A stretch of 64,000 nt of DNA from an uncultured Chloroflexia bacterium (GCA_963712745.1 CAVQJC010000020.1:320001-384000), one strand, 5' to 3'; counted from the first letter of the stretch, positions 18,306-28,191 are shown. The notes: a model not told the origin generated them from the sequence alone. Translations and numbers: made by a program.

Positions 18306-19082
18306 TCAGCCGAGCCAGGTTTCCCGGCCTTCGACGTACTGGCGCCGGCGCTCGCCTTGGAGGCCGATGAAAGGGCAGCCGTCCGGGTCGTGCCGCAAGC
18401 GCAGCTCGGGGTCGCCCGGCTCGATCCAGAGCAGCTTGCCGCGGCGGAACCAAGGCACCAGGTCGAAGTCCTTGTCGTCGTCCTGGATGCTGTGCGTCGA
18501 GGTCGGGGAACCGTCGGCTCGCAGGAACGAGTGGAGGCGGTGGCCCCAGTCGTCGACGCGCTCGAGGTCGTGCGGCGTGGCCTCAGCGTAGTAGACGATG
18601 GGCAGGCCCACGTGCTCTCCGATGGCCACCGCGGAGACGACGGCGCGCACATCGGGGTGCGACAGCATGCGCGGCAGGACGAAAGGCACCTCCGGTCCGA
18701 CCATGGCCATGAGCGACCACTCGGGCAGCGGTCCGGCGAGCTTCATGGCACCGGTCCAGGCGAAGAGCGTGCGCTCCGGCTCGACGAAGGGCCGGAAGTC
18801 ATCCTCGTACGACCACCACAGCCCGTCGATGCCGAACGTGTCGATCGACGTCTCGAACACCTCCCCGCTGAAGGGGCTGCGTGAAAGCGGGACTATGGGC
18901 ACGCCGTCCACGTACCGCTTCACGGCCTCGGCCATGCCCTGGGCGGCCGCCTTTCGGGCCTCCTCCTCACGGGCTCGAAGGGCCGCCTGGTCGCGCTCCC
19001 AGCCCCGCCGATAGGCAGCCAGGATGTCCGCTCGTTCGTCGGCGCTGAAGGGCTGACCGCGACGGGCAGGCATGGCTGGCAT
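18306..19082 (-). CDS. Hypothetical protein, convergent with the giant effector; candidate immunity protein
   Basis: Globular, aromatic-rich ORF (LSRSPFSG..SIDTFGIDGLWWSY, GPEVPFVLPRML, DFDLVPW..GKLLWIEPGD). Start uncertain (19073-19094). Confidence 0.7.
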   Translation of the reverse strand: MPAMPARRGQPFSADERADILAAYRRGWERDQAALRAREEEARKAAAQGMAEAVKRYVDGVPIVPLSRSPFSGEVFETSIDTFGIDGLWWSYEDDFRPFVEPERTLFAWTGAMKLAGPLPEWSLMAMVGPEVPFVLPRMLSHPDVRAVVSAVAIGEHVGLPIVYYAEATPHDLERVDDWGHRLHSFLRADGSPTSTHSIQDDDKDFDLVPWFRRGKLLWIEPGDPELRLRHDPDGCPFIGLQGERRRQYVEGRETWLG

Positions 19083-19110
19083 GGCTCCCATCATGCGGCA
19101 CCACGCGCTC

Positions 19111-21252
19111 TCATGCCTCGCCTCGCGACCTCGGGCGGGCCGAATGGGCGGGCCGGATGACATCGATGTAGCGACCGAACTCTTCCTCCACGGTGAGGCG
19201 GCCGAGCTTGCGATACTCGCGCTCGGTGCCGCGCACGAGGTCAGCCATGGTCACCGGACGCCGCTCTTCCGCGGCTAGGTAGGCGGCCGCCAGGCAGATG
19301 TTGCGGATGTTGCCGCCCGACACGCGGAAGCGACCGGCCATGAATGAGAGATCGATGTCGTCAGCCCGCGGCAGGGTCGCTGGCAGGTGGATCTCCCAGA
19401 GACGCTCGCGATCGGCCTCTTCCGGCATGGGGAAGTCGATGACCGCATCGAGCCGGCGGGCGAAGGCCTCGTCGAGGTTGGCACGCAGGTTCGTGGTCAG
19501 GATGGCGAGGCCGTCGAAACGCTCCATGCGCTGGAGGAGATAGGCGATCTCGACGTTGGCGTAGCGGTCGCGCGCGTCCCGCACCTCGGAGCGCTTGCCG
19601 AAGAGCGCATCCGCCTCATCGAAGAGGAGCACACCGTTGATGCCATCGGCCGCGTCGAAGATGCGGTCGAGGTTCTTCTCGGTCTCGCCGATGTACTTGT
19701 CCACGACCGTCGAGAGGTCGATGACATAGAGATCGAGCCCGAGCTCGGCGGCCACGACCTCGGCCGACATCGTCTTGCCCGTGCCCGGATCACCCGCGAA
19801 CAGGGCCGTCACGCCCCGCCCACGAGTGGCTCCGCCGCCCATGCCCCAGTCATCGATGACCATGTCCCGGAAACGGGCGCGATCGGTCACCTCGTGGAGT
19901 TGTTCGAGCGTGTCTTCGGTGAGTACCAGCTGCGCCCACGAGGTGCTCGGCTCGACACGACGCGCAAGCCGCTCCAGCCCCGCGGCGTTCTCGGCACGTG
20001 CTCCAGCCTGCAGGTCGGCCAGGGCCAGGGGTCGGCCGCTGGCCTGTGATCGCATCACCGCGGAGGAGGTCGCTCGCACGACCTGGTCGGGCGTCAGCCG
20101 GAAGGGCATGAGCTGCTCGGGCAATCCCGGTTCGCCTATCCACTCGGATGCGCCCAGGACCTCGCGCCAGATGCCCGTGCGCTCACCGGCGGTCGGGACC
20201 GGCGCCTCCCAGATGAGCGGGACCCGAGAAGACCATGCTGCCTCCCAGGCGATGTGGCCGATCAGCACGGTCGGCCGTGGGCTATCGGCAAGTACGCGGA
20301 TGGCCTCCGGCGCTGTACTGGCTATGGACTCGATGGGACCGATGGCCATGCCGGCACCGCGCAGGCACACTTCCCTGACGGCCAGCCGAGCCAGCTCGTC
20401 CGGTGCGACGCCATGGGCTCGTGACAGGTCCAGGGAGACCAGCGGCTGGCCGAGCGATCGAAACGCCTCGGCAACGACCGATCTGGCGGCCGCCCCGGTC
20501 CGGTCGACGAGATACACCAGCTCGGCGCCTCTGACGAAGGCGTCGGCAAGGCGCTGCGCCTCCGGCAGGTCAGCTCCCGCTGGTTCCACATACAGCGGCG
20601 CCAGCATCGGATCGGGGGCATCGTTTCCGAGCAGGAAGGCGATGATGCGGTCGGGTACTCGGAGTGAGCGCGATAGCAACGGCCGGTCTTGCCCCTCGAG
20701 CATGATCAGGCTGCTCGTCAACAGTGGAGCCTCTGTGGCCAGCCGAGAGCGGGCGGCACTGGACCAGGTCGGGTGGCCGACCAGCTCGATGGCCAGGCCC
20801 ACGCTCGCCCGACGGTGGGTGATGTCATCCTGGAGATAGCCGTACAGCCGCTCGAAGCGGGCATCCAGGTCCGGAGCCACCGCGATCAGCAACAGCTCCA
20901 CGTCGAGCTCGGAGAGACCGAACTCGCGGGCCAATCGAACCAGGCGCATGTCTTCGCCAGCAAGCAAGTGTCGTCGCACCCAGGTATCAAGCCTGGGATC
21001 GGAGACCGGGCCGAGGTCGTCGTCGGCCAGCAGGCCATCGCCGTGACCTTCGAGGAGACGGTCGACGTCGGCCTCGGAGATGTAGAGGCCCTTGAAGCGA
21101 TCACCGTCCTCGCCGTCGCGTGCGCGTCGGCGCTCGACGGCGCGGCTTACCCGGCCTTCGACGCGACCGAGGCAGATCAGCAGGTAGGCCAGCGAAGGGT
21201 CGTCGTCGAAGCCCTGCACAGCCTCGATATCCGGGGCCTGCCCGGCGGTCAC
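19111..21252 (-). CDS. eCIS AAA+ ATPase (Afp15/Pvc15-like)
   Basis: N-terminal FGLSELDVELLLIAVAPDLD..YGYLQDD, Walker A GDPGTGKT, VVDKYIGETEKNL, Walker B LLFDEADALFGKRSEV, DRYANVE. Confidence 0.95.
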   Translation of the reverse strand: MTAGQAPDIEAVQGFDDDPSLAYLLICLGRVEGRVSRAVERRRARDGEDGDRFKGLYISEADVDRLLEGHGDGLLADDDLGPVSDPRLDTWVRRHLLAGEDMRLVRLAREFGLSELDVELLLIAVAPDLDARFERLYGYLQDDITHRRASVGLAIELVGHPTWSSAARSRLATEAPLLTSSLIMLEGQDRPLLSRSLRVPDRIIAFLLGNDAPDPMLAPLYVEPAGADLPEAQRLADAFVRGAELVYLVDRTGAAARSVVAEAFRSLGQPLVSLDLSRAHGVAPDELARLAVREVCLRGAGMAIGPIESIASTAPEAIRVLADSPRPTVLIGHIAWEAAWSSRVPLIWEAPVPTAGERTGIWREVLGASEWIGEPGLPEQLMPFRLTPDQVVRATSSAVMRSQASGRPLALADLQAGARAENAAGLERLARRVEPSTSWAQLVLTEDTLEQLHEVTDRARFRDMVIDDWGMGGGATRGRGVTALFAGDPGTGKTMSAEVVAAELGLDLYVIDLSTVVDKYIGETEKNLDRIFDAADGINGVLLFDEADALFGKRSEVRDARDRYANVEIAYLLQRMERFDGLAILTTNLRANLDEAFARRLDAVIDFPMPEEADRERLWEIHLPATLPRADDIDLSFMAGRFRVSGGNIRNICLAAAYLAAEERRPVTMADLVRGTEREYRKLGRLTVEEEFGRYIDVIRPAHSARPRSRGEA

Positions 21253-21995
21253 GAGCCGGTGCGGCGCTCGTGGAGGCCGCGGATGCGCAGCGTCCGGCCG
21301 GGTTGGCGTTTGGTGCCGGCGCGACGCGTCTCCTCCAGCACGCCAGGCTCGCCGGGCTCGATGCCGTTGTCCCGCTCCGCCACCGCACCCTTGCGCTTGC
21401 GTGACTTCGACTTCGAGCCGATGTCCGTCCGGACGACGCTGAGGATTGGCTCCTCGAGCACCGGCGGACCGGCCTCCAGCGCCCGCTCAACGTCCATGGG
21501 CGCGGTGACGATGAGGTCGATGGACGGCTTCATCTCACCGCCCATGGCCGACCACACGTCAGCGATGGAGCGGTCCTCGGTGACGGGCAGCGCGGCCGTG
21601 AGCACGACCGGCATCACGGTCCCCTCGAGCACGCCCTTGAGCCTCTCGGGCGGCATCGACTCGTGGCGGATGAAGCAGCCGAGCATGGCCGAGAGCAGCC
21701 GGTGCTCGTCCTCGGGTCTCTGGGTCCAGGCCGTGCACAGGTAGGAGAGCCGGAACCAGCGCGGACGCAGGCGGCGCTCGGTGACGCGGCCTGCCTCGTC
21801 GCGGACCTCCTCCCACATCGTCTGGCGTCGGGTGAGGTCCTCGCGGATGTCGTAGAGGTAGAGGTTCACCGTGGGCGCGTTGCGCCGCGAGACCCACTCG
21901 GTGGTGGGCGCGTCGAAGGCGATCTCGACCCCGTTGTCACCCAGCGCTTCCTCCTTGACGAGGGCGCGCAGGGATTCGTCTACGTCCTGGATCAT
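21249..21995 (-). CDS. DUF4255 / Pvc16(Afp16)-like cap/terminator protein
   Basis: MIQDVDESLRAL...IAFDAPT..W...PTVNLYLYDIRED...LSYLCTAW..EDEHRLL. It overlaps the start of the ATPase gene. Confidence 0.9.
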   Translation of the reverse strand: MIQDVDESLRALVKEEALGDNGVEIAFDAPTTEWVSRRNAPTVNLYLYDIREDLTRRQTMWEEVRDEAGRVTERRLRPRWFRLSYLCTAWTQRPEDEHRLLSAMLGCFIRHESMPPERLKGVLEGTVMPVVLTAALPVTEDRSIADVWSAMGGEMKPSIDLIVTAPMDVERALEAGPPVLEEPILSVVRTDIGSKSKSRKRKGAVAERDNGIEPGEPGVLEETRRAGTKRQPGRTLRIRGLHERRTGS

Positions 21996-22064
21996 CGGAG
22001 CAAGCGTCTGCCAACCCTGAGCGCGCGACAACCAGCGGGCGGGCAGCCGGGCGGGCGCTGCAGC

Positions 22065-22080
22065 CTGCCCATTCGGGCAG
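22065..22080. promoter_or_regulatory. Perfect palindromic operator CTGCCC-ATTC-GGGCAG
   Basis: Lies between the divergent DUF4255 and collagen-like genes. Confidence 0.65.
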
Positions 22081-22166
22081 ATCTGGCTGACGGCCCAGCG
22101 AACGTTCGCGTGCGGGTGACAGGCAGTGGCAAGATGAAGTCCGTGCGCACACTGGAGGAGATGTCC

Positions 22167-22781
22167 ATGAACGCGGTTCAGCGATCCGATCGCACCCCCC
22201 GGAGCTGGCGCGCAGCGGCGCTGGCCGCGGTGGCGGCGCTCGTGGCCACGACGCTGCTGAGCTCAGCGGCCAGCGCAGCCGGCCCCACCTACACAGGCTG
22301 CATCGACCAGTACGGCTACCTCAGGGACGTCCGCATCGGGCTCAGCCCGATCGGCGGCGTGTGCCAGGGAGCTACCCAGATCCGCTGGAACCAGCAAGGC
22401 GCGAAGGGCGCCCCTGGCGCCAAGGGGCCCAGGGGCAAGCGCGGACCCAAGGGCAAGCCGGGCGAGCAGGGCCAGACCGGCCCGGCAGGACCAAAGGGCG
22501 CCGACGGTGCCGACGTCGAGCTGCGCACCTACAGCCTGACCGAGACCACCTCCGGGGCCGACGAGCGGCTGCTGCAGGTGGCGGCCATGTGCGACCGCGG
22601 CGACCTGGCCACCGGCGGCGGATTCGAGACGGACGGGGTCATCCTGGCCAGCCTCGGGGTGGGAGGCGACGCGCCGACGGGCTGGCAGGCGGTCGCCCAG
22701 GCCAACCCGGAGACCACGGAGCTCTCCGCCTTCGTCGTCTGCGCGGACCTCGGTGCGCGCCACCAGAGGACGGACCCGTGA
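22167..22781 (+). CDS. Secreted collagen-like protein
   Basis: SD GGAGGA, signal peptide ending ASA, YTGC..C head, 13 Gly-X-Y triplets, C-terminal CDRGDLATGGGF...W...FVVC domain. Confidence 0.85.
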   Translation: MNAVQRSDRTPRSWRAAALAAVAALVATTLLSSAASAAGPTYTGCIDQYGYLRDVRIGLSPIGGVCQGATQIRWNQQGAKGAPGAKGPRGKRGPKGKPGEQGQTGPAGPKGADGADVELRTYSLTETTSGADERLLQVAAMCDRGDLATGGGFETDGVILASLGVGGDAPTGWQAVAQANPETTELSAFVVCADLGARHQRTDP

Positions 22782-23363
22782 GGCGCCAACTGCTGAGCGC
22801 GCTCATCATCAGCGCCGTCGCTCTCACGCTCCTGCCTGCGGCAGCGAGTGCCAACACGCGCTACACCGGCTGCCTCTGGGGCAACTTCGAGGCTCCAGGA
22901 GAGATCGACAGCCTGCGCATCGGCAGCAGCCCACGGAACGCGTGCAACCGGTACCAGAGCCTGATCACCTGGCTCAAGGACCCGGCTCGGGGCCCGAGGG
23001 GTGACCGCGGACCTCGCGGTCCACGCGGTTCACGCGGACCCAAGGGTGATCCGCGGCACGCCGGGCGAGCAGGGCCAGCGCGGTGCGCCCGGGAAGCCTG
23101 CGACCTTCTCCGTCTACATGGTCATGTCGCCCTGCCAGGGCTGCGAGGAAGGCGAGAGCGAGAAGACCGCCGAGGTCAGCTGCGACCGCGGCGACGTGGC
23201 CCTGGGCGGTGGCTTCATCAGCGACGGGCTAATCCAGGGCAGCCGGGCCGACGACGACGGCCCGGTTCGGAGCTGGTCTGTGGCGGCCATCGTGGAACCG
23301 GAGGGGTCGAGCGGGGCCCAGGCACAGCTGGTGTGCCAGGACCTGCCGCCGTTGCGAAGCTAG
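22778..23363 (+). pseudogene. Second collagen-like paralog interrupted by a 1-bp insertion near 23054 (pseudogene or sequencing error)
   Basis: GTG overlaps the previous stop. Signal peptide, YTGC and GXY triplets run to GDP, then GTPGEQGQRGAPGKP and CDRGDVALGGGF continue in another frame after one extra C. Confidence 0.8.
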
Positions 23364-23392
23364 GCCAAGCCAGTCGCTGGACGAGCGTTCGG

Positions 23393-25489
23393 TCAGGGGG
23401 CGTCGAAGTCGGGAAGCTCGACGTCTCCCACGACCACCGTGCAGTCGGCGGTGAGACCGGTGTCGCCCAGCACGACCTGCAGAACCTGCAGGCCGGGTTC
23501 GGCATTGCGCGGCAGCGTGAACTCGGTCACCCAGGGCCAGGCACAGCCGAGCTCCTGGTAGTGGACGTTCCTGGCCACAGGCGCCTTGCGGTCCCCCAGC
23601 CAGACGTCCACGGGGCCGGTCTGTCCGAAGCTCGACAGCTCCAGGGTGGCCGTGTCCCCGGGCATGACAGTGGCCGGGGACGAGCTGTCGCGATTGACGG
23701 CACAGAGCGGGTATTCGGCCGCCTCGAGACTCAACGACACCAGCCCCGAGGCGGGAACGTCCGCCGGGAACGAGTCGCGATAGACCTTCCCCTCGGCCGT
23801 ACGCAGGCGCAGCATGGCAGCCATAGCGAACCGTTCGGAGAGCTCCACCACGCCGCCGGGGATGGTCATGACCAGGCTGTCCCTGCGCGCGGACGAGTCG
23901 TCCTCCTTGGCCTGGTGGTCACCTTCCGTGAGGCGCTGACTGGCCTCGATCCGGGGGGGCGGGTCCAGCTCCAGCCAGGTGGCCGTGGGCTCCTCCCAGT
24001 ACCAGGCCTGCGCGCTCAGCTCGCCGTCCTTGAGACTCGATCGCAACAGCAACTCGATGCCGAGCAGGTCCTTCCAGCCGGGTACCGGCTTGCCCGGCAC
24101 GTCGCCCGGTGAGCCGCCGGTGCCGCGATCATCGTCGAGGTCGATGACCACGAAGCCAAGCTGCTCGCCCGCCCCGAAGGGCAGGCCATCAGGCCAGAGC
24201 GTGACCTCGAACCCGCCATCCTCTTCTTCGCCGTCGGGTACTTCTTCGCCGTCGGGTACTTCTTCGCCGTCGGGTACTTCTTCGCCGACCGCCGCGTCGC
24301 CTGCCAGTTCATCTCCCAGGTCCAGGAACTCCTGGCTGAGCCCGGCGGCCCGCAGATCCGACCCCAGAGGCTGTGGCTTGCCGCGTGACAACTCGCGCAC
24401 GTCGTCCCACATGCTGGTCCCGCGGGTGCCCGCGCTGCGCAGCCTCTGCAGCGGCCGAAGGGCGGCCGGACCGACCGGCAGCAATCGCCTGACGGTGCGC
24501 GCACCATCGTGCGCGAGCCGCTCCAGGAACTGGTAGCGCTTGCGCTTGAGCGGCGGAGCGTAGAAGACCTGCTCCTGGACCGCCGCGGGGTGGTGCCGGA
24601 CCACGTTGCGGGGCAGGCGGCGCTGCCAGGAGCGGACGTCCTCGTAGCTCAGCGAGCGTGACATCAGCGAGCCAGGTGCGATGTCTGGGTTCTCGGTGTC
24701 ATCGCAGAACTTGTCCACGCGCCCGCGGACCGAGCCCGGGTTGTCGATGCCGTCACCGTGGCCAAGGCGCAGGATGTGCCCGACCTCGTGGGCGATGAGG
24801 CGCCGGTCGAGCAGGGCGCTGGGCGTCCCGTCGCTCGAGTCCACGACCATGAGCGTGCCACCCGAGGCATGCCGGATGAGCGCCGAATTGGCCGCGCAGT
24901 AGTCCGCGTTGGTGCTCGCGCTGAAAGCGTAACCCCAGACGTTGGATACCCGCCGCCCGCGACCGTCGACGAAGTCACCGATGATCACTGCCGGCGGCCC
25001 GTAGGCCACACCACCGAGGTCGGTGTCCGCTCCAGCGCGCTGCTGCAGGCGCTGCCAGGCCTGGGCGCAGCGCTGCATCACGAGCGTGTATTCGGCGGTG
25101 GACTCGGTGGGCACCCGGACGTCGCCGCGCCGGCCCAGGCGTGGACGCGGGTCCTTGATGACGGGGAAGGCGTTGGCCCGCGCGAGCGTACCGTTGAGGG
25201 CGCTGCGCAGGGTGATGCCGGCCTCCGGCGCCAGGATGCTCGAGCCGCGGCGGATCCGCTCGAGCACGGCCGCGTCGGGATCGCGCCGGGCGGCCTGGGT
25301 GCCTTCGAGCACACACCAGCGCATGGGCAACTGCAACATCTGGGAGCCTGCGCCGCCCTGTGCCCGGGCAGGCGCAGCAGCCGGCAGCAATGACACCAAC
25401 AGCATCGTCAACAGCCCGACCGCGAAGCAGGCGACGCGAGCCCGCCGCGAACGGTCACCCTCAAGCGCTACCGCCCCGATCACCGTCAT
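23393..25489 (-). CDS. Secreted metzincin-like zinc metalloprotease with C-terminal beta domains
   Basis: Strong SD GAGGAGG before ATG 25489, signal peptide ending ARA, HEVGHILRLGH zinc motif and SLMS Met-turn, GEEVPD repeats. Confidence 0.75.
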   Translation of the reverse strand: MTVIGAVALEGDRSRRARVACFAVGLLTMLLVSLLPAAAPARAQGGAGSQMLQLPMRWCVLEGTQAARRDPDAAVLERIRRGSSILAPEAGITLRSALNGTLARANAFPVIKDPRPRLGRRGDVRVPTESTAEYTLVMQRCAQAWQRLQQRAGADTDLGGVAYGPPAVIIGDFVDGRGRRVSNVWGYAFSASTNADYCAANSALIRHASGGTLMVVDSSDGTPSALLDRRLIAHEVGHILRLGHGDGIDNPGSVRGRVDKFCDDTENPDIAPGSLMSRSLSYEDVRSWQRRLPRNVVRHHPAAVQEQVFYAPPLKRKRYQFLERLAHDGARTVRRLLPVGPAALRPLQRLRSAGTRGTSMWDDVRELSRGKPQPLGSDLRAAGLSQEFLDLGDELAGDAAVGEEVPDGEEVPDGEEVPDGEEEDGGFEVTLWPDGLPFGAGEQLGFVVIDLDDDRGTGGSPGDVPGKPVPGWKDLLGIELLLRSSLKDGELSAQAWYWEEPTATWLELDPPPRIEASQRLTEGDHQAKEDDSSARRDSLVMTIPGGVVELSERFAMAAMLRLRTAEGKVYRDSFPADVPASGLVSLSLEAAEYPLCAVNRDSSSPATVMPGDTATLELSSFGQTGPVDVWLGDRKAPVARNVHYQELGCAWPWVTEFTLPRNAEPGLQVLQVVLGDTGLTADCTVVVGDVELPDFDAP
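24224..24287 (-). repeat. 18-bp coding tandem repeat (GEEVPD, ~3.5 copies)
   Basis: ttcttcgccgtcgggtac repeated. Confidence 0.9.
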
Positions 25490-25577
25490 CGACCTCCTCA
25501 CCGGTCCTCCGACCGACACGCATGGTACGAGACCGCGGCGCGCATCTCCAGCCCCCGGCCTGCTCCTGTCCATGATT

Positions 25578-25636
25578 CCCCCGTTTGGGCGCCGCATCGA
25601 TTCCTCTTCGGGCAGACCCCCATGCCCGTGCGATGG
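25578..25636. promoter_or_regulatory. Phased operator-like sites upstream of the sheath operon
   Basis: CCCCC GTTT GGGCG (25578), TTCCT CTTC GGGCA (25601) and a TGCCC half-site (25623), spaced 22-23 bp. Confidence 0.5.
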
Positions 25637-25733
25637 CCCGCTCGTCCCTTCCGCGAGCCCCATCCGGCTGAGAGCCTGATGCACGACGAGTGCCCGGCCC
25701 AACCGGGCATGCCTGAGTTGGAGGATCACGGGA

Positions 25734-27257
25734 ATGCCGACGTACCTGTCACCTGGGGTCTACGTCGAGGAGGTCGAAGCCGGCGCGCGGCCCATCGAGG
25801 GTGTGGGCACGTCAGTCGCGGCATTCGTCGGACTCGCCGAGGACGGGCCCATCAACGAACCTGTGCTGGTCACAAACTGGAGCCAGTACACCCAGACCTT
25901 CGGCGAGTTCACGGAGGGCTCCTACCTCGCCCACGCGGTCTACGGCTACTTCCTCAACGGCGGCGGCACCTGCTACGTCGTGCGCATCGGTGGCGAGCAG
26001 CCGCCCTCCGCCGCCAAGGCCGAGTTGCCCACGGCCAAGGACAAGGCGGTGGCCGGCTTCCGCGTGACGGCGCTGGAACCCGGTTCGGCCGGCAACCAGA
26101 TCCGGGTCGAGGTCGCTGACGCCAGCCAGCCGTCCGAGGACAGCTTCAAGCTGACCGTCCGTGCCCCGGGCAAGCCCGACGAGGTCTACGACAACGTCTC
26201 CTTCAGGAAGGGCAAGGACTCGGTCGTGACCCAGGTCAAGACCGAGTCGAAGCTCATCGAGATCGAGGAGATCGGGCCGGCCAGCCTCGAGCGCGCCCCG
26301 GCCAGGGGCACCCAGACGCTCAGCGGCTCGGAGGTGGCCAAGCCGGTCACGCTCACGCCCGACGACTACGTCGGAGATTCGGCCGACCGCACCGGTTTCA
26401 GCGGCCTCGAGGCCGTCGATGCCGTGACCATGCTCTCGGTGCCCGACCTGATGGCCATGTACCAGGCCGGCCAGATCGACCTGGAGGGGGTGCAGGCGGT
26501 ACAGACCGCGATGCTGGCCCACTGCGAGCTGATGGGCGACCGCGTGGCCATCCTCGACGCGCCTCCCGGGCTCAACGCCCAGCAGGTCAGCGAGTGGCGC
26601 ACCGACAAGGTCGGCTACGACTCCAAGTACGGCACCCTCTACTGGCCCTGGGTCAAGGTCTTCGACCCGGTCGCAGGTCAGGCGCGCTTCGTGCCCCCCA
26701 GCGGCCACGTGGCCGGAGTCTGGGCGCGCAGCGACGAGGAGCGGGGCGTGCACAAGGCGCCGGCCAACGAGATCCTGCGTGGCGCGCTCAGCCTCGAGCT
26801 CAACATCACCAAGGGCGAGCACGACCAGCTCAACCCGGACGGCATCAACTGCATCCGCGCATTCCCCGGCCGCGGCATCCGCATCTGGGGCGCACGTACG
26901 CTCTCGAGCGACCCGGCCTGGCGCTATCTCAACGTTCGCCGCCTCTTCAACTACATCGAGGAATCGATCCTCGAGGGCACCCAGTGGGTCGTCTTCGAGC
27001 CCAACGACCTCGACCTCTGGATGCGGGTGAAGCGCACCATCAACGCCTTCCTGCTCCGGACCTGGCGGGACGGTGCCCTCTTCGGGGCCTCACCCGAAGA
27101 AGCGTTCTTCGTCAAGTGCGACGCGGAGACCAACCCGCCCGATGTCGTCGACGCCGGGCAGCTGATCGTCGAGATCGGCGTGGCGCCCGTGAAGCCGGCG
27201 GAGTTCGTGGTCTTCCGTATCGCCCAGTACTCGGGCGGCGCGGAGCTCTCCGAGTAG
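25734..27257 (+). CDS. Contractile tail sheath protein (Afp2/3-like)
   Basis: MPTYLSPGVYVEE, YWPW, PPSGHVAGVWARSD..RGVHKAPANE, IWGARTL, WRYLNVRRL, VFEPND, APVKPAEFVVFRI. Confidence 0.98.
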   Translation: MPTYLSPGVYVEEVEAGARPIEGVGTSVAAFVGLAEDGPINEPVLVTNWSQYTQTFGEFTEGSYLAHAVYGYFLNGGGTCYVVRIGGEQPPSAAKAELPTAKDKAVAGFRVTALEPGSAGNQIRVEVADASQPSEDSFKLTVRAPGKPDEVYDNVSFRKGKDSVVTQVKTESKLIEIEEIGPASLERAPARGTQTLSGSEVAKPVTLTPDDYVGDSADRTGFSGLEAVDAVTMLSVPDLMAMYQAGQIDLEGVQAVQTAMLAHCELMGDRVAILDAPPGLNAQQVSEWRTDKVGYDSKYGTLYWPWVKVFDPVAGQARFVPPSGHVAGVWARSDEERGVHKAPANEILRGALSLELNITKGEHDQLNPDGINCIRAFPGRGIRIWGARTLSSDPAWRYLNVRRLFNYIEESILEGTQWVVFEPNDLDLWMRVKRTINAFLLRTWRDGALFGASPEEAFFVKCDAETNPPDVVDAGQLIVEIGVAPVKPAEFVVFRIAQYSGGAELSE

Positions 27258-27310
27258 CGCCACCACCTCGCTAGCCACACGGCCGAGACGAACGAAAGGA
27301 GCCACATCCG

Positions 27311-27769
27311 ATGGGCAAGGGATTGCCGAACCTGCCGACCGACGCGCTGGTCGCCCAGCACTTCGCGATCGAGATCGGTTCGATCGAGATCGCCCAGTTC
27401 TCCGAGGTCAGCGGTCTCACCTCCGAGCTCGACGTCGTCGAGCTCAAAGAGAACACCGCCGACGGCAAGCCGATCATCCACAAGCTGCCGGGGGCGCCCA
27501 AGCCGCCGACGATCACCCTCAAGCGTGCCAAGAACTCCTCGCGCGACCTGTGGGACTGGCACAAGGCCATGCTCGACGGTCGTGTGAACGATGCCCGCAA
27601 GGAAGGCTCGGTCGTGCTCAAGGACTTCGAGGGCGCAGAGGTCTCGCGCTACAACTTCTACGGGGCCTGGATCAGCAAGCTCACCACGAGCACGCTGAAG
27701 TCGGGCTCCAACGAAGTGCTCATGGAAGAGGTCACCATCGTCTGTGAGCAGATGGAGCGCGTCTCGTGA
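27311..27769 (+). CDS. Tail tube protein (T4 gp19 / Afp1-like)
   Basis: FSEVSGL..E..VVE, KLPG, ITLKR, LWDW, RKEGSVVL, EEVTIVCE. Confidence 0.95.
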   Translation: MGKGLPNLPTDALVAQHFAIEIGSIEIAQFSEVSGLTSELDVVELKENTADGKPIIHKLPGAPKPPTITLKRAKNSSRDLWDWHKAMLDGRVNDARKEGSVVLKDFEGAEVSRYNFYGAWISKLTTSTLKSGSNEVLMEEVTIVCEQMERVS

Positions 27770-28191
27770 CCAGCGCCCTTCCGGCCGCGGAGCCCGGGAC
27801 TGCGGCGGAGGTCCAGCTGGCCCTCCGCACGGAGTTCTCCTTCGTGCTGCCGAGGGGCTACATCGACGAGAGCGGCACCGTCCACCGCGCCGGTGTCATG
27901 CGCCTGGCCACGGCCAAGGACGAGATCATCCCCCAGCGGGACCCACGAGTGCGCGAGAACGAGTCCTACCTCACGGTACTGCTGCTCTCACGCGTCATCA
28001 CCCGGCTGGGCAGCGTGGCCACCATCACGCCGGGCGTGGTCGAGTCGATGTTCGCCTCCGACCTGGCCTTCCTGCAGGACCTCTACCGGCGCATCAATCA
28101 GGACGGCACGACCGAGCTGGCGATGACCTGCCCCTCGTGCCGCGCGGAGGTCACGTTCGACCTCGGTGGTGAACGCCTGGGGGAATCATGA
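27766..28191 (+). CDS. eCIS tail-assembly-chaperone-like protein
   Basis: TEFSFVLPRGYID..G.VHR.GVMRLATAKDEI...DLAFLQDLYRRIN, C-terminal CPSC, ends LGES. Confidence 0.85.
   Translation: MTSALPAAEPGTAAEVQLALRTEFSFVLPRGYIDESGTVHRAGVMRLATAKDEIIPQRDPRVRENESYLTVLLLSRVITRLGSVATITPGVVESMFASDLAFLQDLYRRINQDGTTELAMTCPSCRAEVTFDLGGERLGES

Noticed and set aside
22361-24112. 583 aa ORF as a single gene
   Set aside because: Only 22778-23053 is credible (the N-terminal half of the frameshifted collagen gene). The rest overlaps other genes in shadow frames.
25691-25709. GGCCC-AACC-GGGCA as another operator copy
   Set aside because: It is equally explained as a 5'-UTR hairpin (TGCCCGG/CCGGGCA) just before the sheath SD, so it was not counted.
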